64,000 bases of DNA. Origin: Macrostomum lignano. Taxonomy: Eukaryota. The stretch lies in NCBI GenBank assembly GCA_002269645.1, contig NIVC01002516.1, forward strand, positions 1-64,000, in the 5' to 3' direction. This document shows positions 50,510-63,831 of the stretch, one piece after another. The notes under the pieces are model-generated. The model did not search any database and had not been told where the DNA came from. It saw only the letters and a list, made by a program, of their open reading frames with translations. Within the stretch, counting starts at the first letter, position 1, and every line of letters begins with the position of its first letter. A program made the translations under genes and the position numbers.

Positions 50510-53500
50510 CTAGCAATCAGCGCCCCCCGTTGGGGAGCCAAAAAATACAGCACAAGTTTTTTAATAAACTACATATAAGCGTCTCTTTGCATTATACCTC
50601 AGCAACCCCTTGTAAGCCTTGACATGCCAGCAATTCCTCCCCCCCCCCACAAGCCTTAGCATATCAACTCCCCCTTGACATCTTAGCAATTCCCCCCATA
50701 AGCCTTGAAATCTTAAAAAATCTGTTAACCTTCTAAACCTAACCCTAACCCTAACCCTAACCCTAACCCTAACCCTAAAGCATTGACATTTCAGTAATTC
50801 TCTCCGAGAGTCATTATAGCACTACAGCATTATAGCGATTCCCTGCAAGCCTCGACATCGTAGGGATTCCCAAATGAATCTCTTAACTTCGACATGAAGC
50901 TTCTTTTATTTTTTACATTACACTTTATCTATCAGCGATCCTTCCCGTGAAGAGCCAATAAATAATGAAAACATTTTTCAATAAACTACATCATCTACAT
51001 GTAGCTTGTGAATTTAGCCTTGACATCTCGGTTATTCCCCCGTGAGCCTTGACATCTCAGCTATTCCCCCCGTAAGCCTTGTCATGTTAGCGATGCCCCC
51101 ATAAACCTTGATATCTTAAAAATCCCCTGTTAATCTTGAAACCCGCTAAAATCTAACCATCAACCCAAACCTGACCTAAACCTAACTTTAACCCAACCTA
51201 AAGCCTTAAATCTCAGCAATTCTTCTCCCCTAAGCCTTGACATTTTAGTGATTCCTTATTTAAGAATCACAGCACCATAGCGATTCCCTCCAAGCCTTGG
51301 CATCGTAGCAATTCCCAAATGAATCTTTTAACTTTGACATAATGACTCTTCTTTTATGTATACATAGTGCTTCTTTTCTTTTTTACATGACTCTTCTTCT
51401 ATCAGCGCCCCCTCCCCCGTAGCGAGCCAACAAAGAATGTAATAAAAAATTAAGTAAACTACATGTACTTTGAAGTAGCTTCTGACGTTTGCTACTTTGC
51501 TTCTCTGGCATCTCAGAAACCGCCTCCCCAAAATCTCAGTTATTCTCCGTGAGCCTTGACATCTTAGTAATTCTCCCCAGCACAGCACAATAGCTTCTTT
51601 TAATTTTTACATGACACTTCTTTCATGTCTGACATGACGCTTCTTTTATTCTTCCATGACGCTTCTATGATTTCTCAAATGACACTTCCATTAGTTTTTA
51701 TATGAGGCTTCTATGATCTTTTGATGACGCTTCTATGATTGTTTACATGACGCTTCTATGATTGTTTGCATGACGCTTTATGATTTTTACATGACGCTTC
51801 TATAATTGTTTGCATGACGCTTCTATGATTTTTACATGACGATTCTATGATTGTTTACATGACGCTTCTATGATTGTTTACATGACGCTTCTATGATTTT
51901 TTACATGACACTTCTATGATTGTTTACATGACGCTTCTATGATTGTTTGCATGACGCTTCTATGATTTTTTCATGACGCTTTTATGATTGTTTACATGAC
52001 GCTTCTATGATTTTTACATGACGCTTCTATGATTGCTACAAGACGCTTCTATGATTTTTTGCATGACGCTTCTATGATTTTTTCATGTCGCTTCTATGAT
52101 TTTTACATGACGCTTCTATGATTGTTTACAAGACGCTTCTATAATTTTTTACATGACGCTTCTATGATTTTTATATGACGCTTCTACGATTTTTTACATG
52201 ACGCTTCTATGATTGTTTACATGACGCTTCTATGATTTTTTACATGACGCTTCTATGATTGTTTATATGACGCTTCTATGATTTTTTACATGACGCTTCT
52301 ATGATTGTTTACATGACGCTTCTATGATTTTTTACATGACGCTTCTATGATTTTTACATGACGCTTCTATGATTTTTTTCATGACGCTTCTATGATTTTT
52401 ACATGACGCTTCTACGATTGTTTGCCTGACGCTTCTATGATTGTTTGCATGACGCTTCTATGACTGTTTACATGACGCTTCTATGATTTTTACATGACGC
52501 TTCTATGATTGTTTACATGACGCTTCTATGATTGTTTATATGACGCTTCTTTGATTTTTACATGACGCTTCTATGATTGTTTACATGACGCTTCTATGAT
52601 TTTTTACATGACGCTTCTATGATTGTTTACATGACGCTTCTATGATTGTTTACATGACGCTTCTATGATTTTTTTAAAAGACGCTTCTATGATTTTTACA
52701 TGACGCTTCTATGATTTTTACATGACGCTTCTATGATTTTTACATGACGCTTTTATGATTGTTTACATGACGCTTCTATGATTGTTTACATGACGCTTCT
52801 ATGATTGTTTACATGACGCTTCAGTGATTGTTTACATGACGCTTCTATGATTTTTTACATGACGCTTCTATGATTGTTTACATGACGCTTCTATGATTGT
52901 TTACATGACGCTTCATGATTGTTTACATGACGCTTCTATGATTTTTTACATGACGCTTCTATGATTGTTTACATGACGCTTCTATGATTTTTTACATGAC
53001 GCTTCTATGATTGTTTACATGACGCTTCTATGATTGTTTATATGACGCTTCTATGATTTTTTTAAAAGACGCTTCTATGATTGTTTATATGACGCTTCTA
53101 TGATTTTTTTAAATGAAGCTTCAGTGATTGTTTATATGACGCTTCTATGATTTTTTACATGACGCTTCTATGATTTTTTACATGACGCTTCTATGATTTT
53201 TTACATGACGCTTTATGATTGTTTACATGACGCTTCAGTGATTGTTTATATGACGCTTCGATGATTTTTTACATGACGCTTCTATGATTGTTTACATGAC
53301 GCTTCTATGATTGTTTACATGACGCTTCTATGATTGTTTATATGACGCTTCTATGATTTTTTCATGACGCTTTTATGATTTTTACATGACGCTTTTATGA
53401 TTGTTTACATGACGCTTCTATGATTGTTTACATGACGCTTCTATGATTGTTTACATGACGCTTCAGTGATTGTTTACATGACGCTTCTATGATTTTTACA

Positions 53501-55534
53501 TGACGCTTCTATGATAGTTTACATGACGCTTCTATGATTGTTTACATGACGCTTCATGATTGTTTACATGACGCTTCTATGATTGTTTACATGACGCTTC
53601 TATGATTGTTTACATGACGCTTCTATGATTGTTTACATGACGCTTCTATGATTGTTTACATGACGCTTCTATGATTGTTTATATGACGCTTCTATGATTT
53701 TTTTAAAAGACGCTTCTATGATTGTTTATATGACGCTTCTATGATTGTTTACATGACGCTTCTATGATTGTTTATATGACGCTTCTATGATTTTTTAAAT
53801 GACGCTTCTATGATTTTTTACATGACGCTTCTATGATTTTTTACATGACGCTTCTATGATTTTTTACATGACGCTTCAGTGATTGTTTATATGACGCTTC
53901 GATGATTTTTTACATGACGCTTCTATGATTGTTTACATGACGCTTCTATGATTGTTTACATGACGCTTCTATGATTGTTTATATGACGCTTCTATGATTT
54001 TTTCATGACGCTTTATGATTTTTACATGACGCTTTATGATTGTTTACATGACGCTTCTATGATTGTTTACATGACGCTTCTATGATTGTTTACATGACGC
54101 TTCAGTGATTGTTTACATGACGCTTCTATGATTTTTACATGACGCTTCTATGATTGTTTACATGACGCTTCTATGATTGTTTACATGACGCTTCAGTGAT
54201 TGTTTACATGACGCTTCTATGATTTTTTACATGACGCTTCTATGATTGTTTACATGACGCTTCTATGATTTTTTACATGACGCTTCTATGATTGTTTACA
54301 TGACGCTTCTATGATTGTTTATATGACGCTTCGATGATTTTTTTAAAAGACGCTTCTATGATTGTTTATATGACGCTTCTATGATTTTTTACATGACGCT
54401 TTTATGATTGTTTACATGACGCTTCAGTGATTGTTTATATGACGCTTCGATGATTTTTTACATGACGCTTCTATGATTGTTTACATGACGCTTCTATGAT
54501 TGTTTATATGACGCTTCTATGATTTTTTCATGACGCTTTTATGATTTTTACATGACGCTTCTATGATTGTTTACATGACGCTTCAATGATTGTTTACATG
54601 ACGCTTCTATGATTTTTTCATGACGCTTTTATGATTTTTACATGACGCTTCAATGATTGTTTACATGACGCTTCTATGATTGTTTATATGACGCTTCTTT
54701 GATTTTTACATGACGCTTCTATGATTGTTTGCATGACGCTTCTATGATTTTTTACATGACGCTCCTATGATTGTTTACATGACGCTTCTATGATTGTTTA
54801 CATGACGCTTCTATGATTTTTTAAAAGACGCTTCTATGATTTTTACATGACGCTTTTATGATTTTTGACATGACGCTTCTATGATTTTTACATGACGCTT
54901 CTATGATTTTTACATGACGCTTCTTTTTAAAAAGTCTTTTAGTTTTCCTGACGTTGAAAAGCTTTAATTAAAAAAATTATACTCTATGAAAATTCGAACC
55001 ACCGTCGCTGCATTTAGCAGTTCAGTTTGTTCACCTCTAGGCTAGCTCTCATCGTTTTGATAACATCAAATTTTGCACTTATATAATTCAACACTTTAAA
55101 ATCCAAGCATAGAGTAAATCACACGAAGCAGTTATGACATAATCAGTTTCTCAGTCAGTCAGTATCAGTTAACAATTATGGTTACGCAATTTAAATCAAG
55201 TCTGTGCTACGCTTCCACACTGCATTTTCAATTCAAGTCGGAGTTACAATTCAGTTATGATGCAATCTATTTCAGAATCAGAATTCAACCAGTCAGTTTT
55301 TTCTCTAGCATTCTTACAATGCATTTCAAGTCGAAAAGTTTGCTTGACCTTTGCAAAAAAGCATGTTTTTCGAATATTTAATGCCTTTAGCATCGAGCAA
55401 TTTCTTAGCCACGATGCATGTACCGTCACGGGAAAATTTCTGATCGAACAGTGCAAGTCTCATAAAAATCGGTTAAGCCATTTTTTCTCTAATCGATTAC
55501 AAGCAAGCAAGATTTTCATTTTTAGTATATTGGA
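50510..55534 (-). mobile_element. Non-autonomous Helitron-like unit 2
   Basis: Same termini; CTAG|TC junctions on both sides. Confidence 0.85.
51720..54925. repeat. 23-bp satellite in unit 2
   Basis: Same monomer. Confidence 0.99.
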
Positions 55535-56719
55535 CTAGCAATCTACGCCCCCCGTTGGGGAGCCAAAGAAATGCAATACACGTTTTTTTAATAAGCTACA
55601 TGTATCCTTGAAATCTTAAAAAATCTCCTGTCAAACCTTGTAAGCCTTGACATGTCAGTTATCCCCCCCACAAGCTTTAACATATCAACTTCCCCCCTTG
55701 ACATCTCAGCAATGCCCCCAATAAGCCTTGGAAATCTAAAAATATCTGTCAACCTTCTAACCCTAACCCTAGCCTAACCCTAACCCTAACCCTAACCCTA
55801 ACCCTAACCTAACCCTAAAGCATTGAAATTTCAGTAATTCTCCTAAGAGTCATTATAGCACTACTACAGCATTATAGCGATTCCTTGCAAGCCTCAACAT
55901 CGTAGGGATTCCCAAATGAATCTCTTAACTTCGACATGAAGCTTCTTTTATTTTTTACATTACGCTTTTTTATCAGCGATCCCTCCCCTGAGGAGGCATC
56001 AAATAATGTAATAAAAAGTTTTCAATAAACTACATGTAGCTTCTGACTTTAGCCTTGAAATCTCATTTATACCCCGTGAGCCTTGACATCTCAGCTATTC
56101 CCCCCGTAAGCCTTGACATGTCAGCAATGGCCCCCATAAACCTTGAAATCTAAAAAATCCCCTGTTAACCTTGAAACCCGATAAAATATAACCCTCAACC
56201 CACACCTGACCTAAACCTAACTTTAACCCAACCTAAAGCCTTGAAATCTCAGCAATTCTTCTCCCCTAAGCCTTAACATTTTAGTGATTCTTTCTTTAAG
56301 AATCACAGCACTATAACGATTTCCACCAAGCTTTGACATCGTAGCAATTCCCAAATGAATCTTTTAACTTCGACATGACTTTTCTTTTATGTATACATAG
56401 TGCTACTTTTATTTTTTACATGACTTTTCTTCTATCAGCGCCCCCCCCGTGACGAGCCAACAAAGAATGCAATAAAAAAATGGAGTAAAGTACATGAACT
56501 TTGAAGTAGCTTTTGACTTTTGCTTTGACATCTCAGAAACCCCCCCGTAATCTCAGTTATTCTCTGAGAGCCTTGACGTCTCAGTTTTTCTCCCCAGCAC
56601 AGCATTATAGTTGCATTTAATTTTTACATGAACCCTTCATGTCTGACATGACGTTTCTTTTATTCTACCGTGACGCTTCTTAATTTTTTAAATGACACTT
56701 TCATTAGTTTTTAAATGAG

Positions 56720-57610
56720 GCTTCTATGATTTTTTCTTGACGCTTCTATGATTTTTACATGACGCTTCTATGATTTTTTACATGACGCTTCTATGATTGT
56801 TTACATGACGCTTCTATGATTTTTATATGACGTTTCTATGATTGTTTACATGACGCTTCTATGATTGTTTACATGACGCTTCTATGATTTTTTACATGAC
56901 GCTTTTATGATTTTTACATGACGCTTCTATGATTTTTTACATGACGCTTCTATGATTTTTACATGACGCTTCTATGATTTTTACATGACGCTTCTATGAT
57001 TTTTACATGACGCTTCTATGATTTTTACATGACGCTTCTATGATTTTTTACATGACGCTTCTATGATTGTTTACATGACGCTTCTATGATTGTATACATG
57101 ACGCTTCTATGATTGTTTACATGACGCTTTTATGATTGTTTACATGACGCTTCTATGATTTTTACATGACGCTTCTATGATTTTTACATGACGCTTCTAT
57201 GATTTTTACATGACGCTTCTATGATTGTTTACATGACGCTTCTATGATTGTTTACATGACGCTTCTATGATTGTTTACATGACGCTTCTATGATTGTTTA
57301 CAGTACGCTTCTATGATTTTTTACATGACGCTTCTATGATTGTTTACATGACGCTTCTATGATTGTTTACATGACGCTTCTATGATTGTTTACATGACGC
57401 TTCTATGATTGTTTACATGACGCTTCTATGATTTTTACATGACGCTTCTATGATTTTTACATGACGCTTCTATGATTTTTTACATGACGCTTCTATGATT
57501 GTTTACATGACGCTTCTATGATTTTTACATGACGCTTCTATGATTGTTTACATGACGCTTCTATGATTGTTTACATGACGCTTGTATGATTGTTTACATG
57601 ACGCTTCCAT
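56720..57610. repeat. 23-bp satellite in unit 3
   Basis: Same monomer, shorter array. Confidence 0.98.
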
Positions 57611-57764
57611 AATTTTTTTGTCTTGGCGTTAAAAGGCTTTAATTAAAAAAACTCTACTCTCTAAAAATTCGAACCATCGTCCCTGCATTTAGCAGTTTAG
57701 TCTGTTTACCTCTAGGCTAGCTCTCATGAATTTTAGTCATTACCCCTAAATAGAAAATATTCCC

Positions 57765-58930
57765 AAGACAGCAAGCATCCCCCAGTAGCAAGCATCCCCT
57801 AATACTCCTAGCAAGCATCCACCCAGATAGCAAGCATCTGCAGATAGCAAGCATCTTGCAGATAGCAAGCATCTTTCAGATAGCAAGCATACCCCAAATA
57901 ATGTAGAAGCATCCTTCCAGATAGCAAGCATCCTGCACATAGCAAGAATCCCTAAATAGCAAGCATCCCTGGATAGAAATAATCCTATACATGTAGCCAA
58001 GCTTATCAAGCGCAGTAATCCTTGGCTATCGAGTGCAGTAATCCTTGGTTTATTAATAGCAATAATCCATGGCTTATCGAGTGCAGTAATCCTTGGTTTA
58101 TTAATAGCAATAATCCTTGGCTTATCGAGTGCAGTAATTCATGGTTTATTAATAGCAATAATCCTTGGCTTATCGAGTGCAGTAATCCTTGGTTTATTAA
58201 TAGCAATAATCCATGCCTTATCGAGTGCAGTAATCCTTGGTTTATTAATAGCAATAATCCTTGGCTTATCGAGTGCAGTAATCCTTGGTTTGCCAAGTGC
58301 ATAATCCTTGGTTTATTAATAGCAATAATCCTTGGTTTATCGAGTGCAGTAATCCTTGGTTTATTAATAGCAATAATCCTTGGCTTATCGAGTGCAGTAA
58401 TCCTTGGTTTATTAATAGCAATAATCCATGGCTTATCGAGTGCAGTAATCCTTGGTTTGCCAAGAGCAATAGTCCTTGGCTTATCGAGTGCAGTAATCCT
58501 TGGTTTGCCAAGAGCAATAGTCCTTGGTTTATTGAGTGCAGTAATCCTTGGTTTATTAATAGCAATAGTCCTTGGTTTATTGAGTGCAGTAATCCTTGGT
58601 TTATTAATAGCAATAATCCTTGGCTTATCGAGTGCAGTAATCCTTGGTTTGCCAAGTGCATAATCCTTGGTTTATCGAGTGCAGTAATCCTTGGTTTATT
58701 AATAGCAATAATCCTTGGCTTATCGAGTGCAGTAATCCTTGGTTTATTAATAGCAATAATCCATGGCTTATCGAGTGCAGTAATCCTTGGTTTGCCAAGA
58801 GCAATAGTCCTTGGCTTATCGAGTGCAGTAATCCTTGGTTAATTAATAGCAATAGTCCTTGGTTTATTGAGTGCAGTAATCCTTGGTTTATTAATAGCAA
58901 TAATCCTTAGCTTATCGAGTGCAGTAATCT
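57765..58930. repeat. tagcaagcatc ~20-bp array followed by 48-bp (2x24) higher-order array in unit 3
   Basis: ttatcgagtgcagtaatccttgg alternating with tttattaatagcaataatccttgg. Confidence 0.96.
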
Positions 58931-60989
58931 AAGTGTTTTTATTTAGTCCTTTAATAAAAGCTTTTAATAAAAAATTTTACACTACTACTTTTAAACTACT
59001 TAGATTCGAACCCAGGTCGCTGCATTAGCAGTCTGGTCTGCTCAGCTCTAGGCTAGCTCTCATCGAAGTTATCAGTGAATTTGTACCACTTATATAATTC
59101 AACACTCACACCAAGTCAGGTAGAGTAAAAAGTCACACGAAGCAGTTATGACATAATCAATTTCTTAGGCAAGTCAGTACCAGTGTCTATGAAAGTTAAC
59201 AATATGGTTACGTAATATAGATTCAGTACTGCACTATACTTTCACCCTCAAAGCTGTGACGCAATTCAATTGAGTGTCAAATTCAGCCAGTACACAGACG
59301 ATAAATAAAGTGTATTGTGATGCAATCTATTTCAGAATCAGAATTCAACCAGTCAGATTTTTCTCTAGCATTCTTACAATGCATTTCAGGTCGAAAGAGC
59401 TGCTTGACCTTTGCAAAAAATCATGTTTTTCGAATATTTAATCCCTTTAACATTGAGCAATTTCTTAGCCAATATGCATGTACCGTCCCGGGAAAATTTC
59501 TGATCGAATGGTGCAAGTTTGAAGAAAATCGGTTGAGCCGTTCGGGAGAAAATCAATTACAAGCAAGAAACCAAGCATTTCATTTTTAGTATATTAGACT
59601 AATCGATTACAAGCAAGCAAGATTTTCATTTTTAGTATATTAGAAGACTAGCAATCTAGCGCCCCCCTTCGGGGTGGCCAATAAGCAAGGGACGAATCCT
59701 TTAAAATGAAAAAAAATTCTTAGGGAGGGGGGCTAGGAATCGAATTCTCATTTTAATTCCAGGCTTATGTACCAATAAAACATGCTTGTGCAGAATTTTA
59801 TAACAGACATTGAAATTCAACCATACTTGCCTTCTTTCAGAGCTACTTCTACCAGTATGCTTCAGTACGCTACCAGTACCCTTGTAAGCCTTGACATGTC
59901 AGCAATCCCCCCCCACAAGCCTTAACATATCAACTCCCCCCTTGACATCTCAGCGATGCTCCCATAAGCCTTGAAATCTTAAAAAATCTGTCTACTTTCT
60001 AACCCTAACCCTAACCCTAACCCTAACCCTAAAGCATTGAAATTTCAGTAATTCTCTCTAAGAGTCATTATAGCACTACTACAGCATTATAGCGATTCCC
60101 TGCAAGCCTCGACATCGTAGGGATTCCCAAATGAATCTCTTAACTTCGACATGAGGCTTCTTTTATTTTTTACATTACGCTTTTTCTATCAGCGATCCCT
60201 CCCGTGAGGAGCCAACAAATAATGTAATAAAAAGTTTTCAATAAACTACATGTAGCTTCTGACTTTAGCCTTGACATCTCAGTTATTTCCCCATGAGCCT
60301 TGACATCTCAGCTATAGATAGATAGATAGATACGAGTAGATTCCCCTCGTAAGCCTTGACATGTCAGCGATGCCCCCCATAAACCTTGAAATCTAAAAAA
60401 TCCCCTGTTAACCTTGAAACCCGCTAAAATATAACCCTCAACCCAAACCTGACGTAAACCTAACTTTCACCCAACCTAAAGCCTTGAAATCACAGCAATT
60501 CTTCTTCCCTAAGCCTTGGCATTTAAGTGATTCCTTCTTTAAGAATCACAGCACTATAACGATTCCCTCCAAGCTTTGACATTGTAGCAATTCCCAAATG
60601 AATCTTTTAACTTTGACATGACTTTTATTTTATGTATACATAGTGCTCCTTTTATTTTTACATGACTCTTCTTCTATCAGCGCCCCCCCCCCACCGTGGA
60701 AAGCCAACAAAGAATACAATAAAAAAACTTAAGTAAAGTACATGTACTTTGAAGTAGCTTCTGACTTTTGCTTTAACATCTCAGAAACCCCCCTGTAATC
60801 TCAGTTATTCTCTGTGAGCCTTGACGTCTCAGTAATTCTCCCCAGCACAGCACTATAGCTTCATTTAATTTTTATATGACACTTCTTTCATGTCTGACAT
60901 GACGCTTCTTTTGATTTTTAAATTACGCTTCTTTTATTCTTCCATGAAGCTTCTTAATTTTTTAAATGACACTTTCATTAGTTTTTATA

Positions 60990-61745
60990 TGAGGCTTCTA
61001 TGATTTTTTCATGACGCTTCTATGTTAACATGACGCTTCTATGCTTGTTTACATGACGCTTCTATGATTGTTTACATGACGCTTGTATGATTGTTTACAT
61101 GACGCTTCTATGATTTTTTACATGACGCTTCTATGATTTTTACATGACGCTTCTATGATTTTTACATGACGCTTCTATGATTTTTTCATGACGCTTCTAT
61201 GATTTTTACATGACGCTTCTATGATTTTTACATGACGCTTCTATGATTTTATACATGAGGCTTGTATGATTGTTTACATGACGCTTCTATGATTGTTTAC
61301 ATGACGCTTCTATGATTTTTTATGACGCTTTTATGATTTTAACATGACGCTTCTATGATTTTTTTACATGACGCTTCTATGATTGTTTACATGACGCTTG
61401 TATGATTGTTTACATGACGCTTCTATGATTGTTTACAGTACGCTTCTATGATTTTTTACATGACGCTTCTATGATTGTTTACATGACGCTTCTATGATTG
61501 TTTACATGACGCTTCTATGATTGTTTACATGACGCTTCTATGATTGTTTACATGACGCTTCTATGATTTTTACATGACGCTTCTATGATTTTTACATGAC
61601 GCTTCTATGATTGTTTACATGACGCTTCTATGATTGTTTACATGACGCTTCTATGATTTTTACATGACGCTTCTATGATTGTTTACATGACGCTTCTATG
61701 ATTGTTTACATGACGCTTGTATGATTGTTTACATGACGCTTCCAT
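60990..61745. repeat. 23-bp satellite in unit 4
   Basis: Same monomer, shorter array. Confidence 0.98.
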
Positions 61746-61899
61746 AATTTTTTTGTCTTGGCGTTAAAAGGCTTTAATTAAAAAAACTCTACTCTCTAAA
61801 AATTCGAACCATCGTCCCTGCATTTAGCAGTTTAGTCTGTTTACCTCTAGGCTAGCTCTCATGAATTTTAGTCATTACCCCTAAATAGAAAATATTCCC

Positions 61900-63115
61900 A
61901 AGACAGCAAGCATCCCCCCAGTAGCAAGCATCCCCTAATACTCCTAGCAAGCATCCACCCAGATAGCAAGCATCTGCAGATAGCAAGCATCTTGCAGATA
62001 GCAAGCATCTTTCAGATAGCAAGCATACCCCAAATAATGTAGAAGCATCCTTCCAGATAGCAAGCATCCTGCACATAGCAAGAATCCCTAAATAGCAAGC
62101 ATCCCTGGATAGAAATAATCCTATACATGTAGCCAAGCTTATCAAGCGCAGTAATCCTTGGCTATCGAGTGCAGTAATCCTTGGTTTATTAATAGCAATA
62201 ATCCATGGCTTATCGAGTGCAGTAATCCTTGGTTTATTAATAGCAATAATCCTTGGCTTATCGAGTGCAGTAATTCATGGTTTATTAATAGCAATAATCC
62301 TTGGCTTATCGAGTGCAGTAATCCTTGGTTTATTAATAGCAATAATCCATGCCTTATCGAGTGCAGTAATCCTTGGTTTATTAATAGCAATAATCCTTGG
62401 CTTATCGAGTGCAGTAATCCTTGGTTTGCCAAGTGCATAATCCTTGGTTTATTAATAGCAATAATCCTTGGTTTATCGAGTGCAGTAATCCTTGGTTTAT
62501 TAATAGCAATAATCCTTGGCTTATCGAGTGCAGTAATCCTTGGTTTATTAATAGCAATAATCCATGGCTTATCGAGTGCAGTAATCCTTGGTTTGCCAAG
62601 AGCAATAGTCCTTGGCTTATCGAGTGCAGTAATCCTTGGTTTGCCAAGAGCAATAGTCCTTGGTTTATTGAGTGCAGTAATCCTTGGTTTATTAATAGCA
62701 ATAGTCCTTGGTTTATTGAGTGCAGTAATCCTTGGTTTATTAATAGCAATAATCCTTGGCTTATCGAGTGCAGTAATCCTTGGTTTGCCAAGTGCATAAT
62801 CCTTGGTTTATCGAGTGCAGTAATCCTTGGTTTATTAATAGCAATAATCCTTGGCTTATCGAGTGCAGTAATCCTTGGTTTATTAATAGCAATAATCCAT
62901 GGCTTATCGAGTGCAGTAATCCTTGGTTTGCCAAGAGCAATAGTCCTTGGCTTATCGAGTGCAGTAATCCTTGGTTTGCCAAGAGCAATAGTCCTTGGTT
63001 TATTGAGTGCAGTAATCCTTGGTTAATTAATAGCAATAGTCCTTGGTTTATTGAGTGCAGTAATCCTTGGTTTATTAATAGCAATAATCCTTAGCTTATC
63101 GAGTGCAGTAATCTA
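61900..63115. repeat. Same two arrays in unit 4, one extra 48-bp unit
   Basis: The offset between units 3 and 4 changes from 4136 to 4184 bp across this array. Confidence 0.96.
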
Positions 63116-63831
63116 AGTGTTTTTATTTAGTCCTTTAATAAAAGCTTTTAATAAAAAATTTTACACTACTACTTTTAAACTACTTAGATTCGAACCCAGG
63201 TCGCTGCATTAGCAGTCTGGTCTGCTCAGCTCTAGGCTAGCTCTCATCGAAGTTATCAGTGAATTTGTACCACTTATATAATTCAACACTCACACCAAGT
63301 CAGGTAGAGTAAAAAGTCACACGAAGCAGTTATGACATAATCAATTTCTTAGGCAAGTCAGTACCAGTGTCTATGAAAGTTAACAATATGGTTACGTAAT
63401 ATAGATTCAGTACTGCACTATACTTTCACCCTCAAAGCTGTGACGCAATTCAATTGAGTGTCAAATTCAGCCAGTACACAGACGATAAATAAAGTGTATT
63501 GTGATGCAATCTATTTCAGAATCAGAATTCAACCAGTCAGATTTTTCTCTAGCATTCTTACAATGCATTTCAGGTCGAAAGAGCTGCTTGACCTTTGCAA
63601 AAAATCATGTTTTTCGAATATTTAATCCCTTTAACATTGAGCAATTTCTTAGCCAATATGCATGTACCGTCCCGGGAAAATTTCTGATCGAATGGTGCAA
63701 GTTTGAAGAAAATCGGTTGAGCCGTTCGGGAGAAAATCAATTACAAGCAAGAAACCAAGCATTTCATTTTTAGTATATTAGACTAATCGATTACAAGCAA
63801 GCAAGATTTTCATTTTTAGTATATTAGAAGA

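Larger units (their letters stand above)
55535..59647 (-). mobile_element. Non-autonomous Helitron-like unit 3
   Basis: 3' part nearly identical to unit 1; 5' part of a second type with extra satellites and a doubled TC terminus. Confidence 0.85.
59648..63831 (-). mobile_element. Non-autonomous Helitron-like unit 4
   Basis: 3' hairpin variant GCCACCCC-GAA-GGGGGGC then CTAG; 5' half nearly identical to unit 3. Confidence 0.85.

Noticed and set aside
50232-50513. MMQSISESEF ORF, open in all four Helitron units (also 55257, 59317, 63501)
   Set aside because: Differences between type A and B copies are mostly non-synonymous (about 11 versus 3 synonymous by hand over the alignable part). It is antisense to the element and its stop is supplied by the junction CTAG in type A; it looks neutral.
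58998-59065. Functional tRNA gene (CTGCTAA loop resembles tRNA-Ser GCT)
   Set aside because: No acceptor-stem pairing or proper D and T stems; kept only as a tRNA-like box module.
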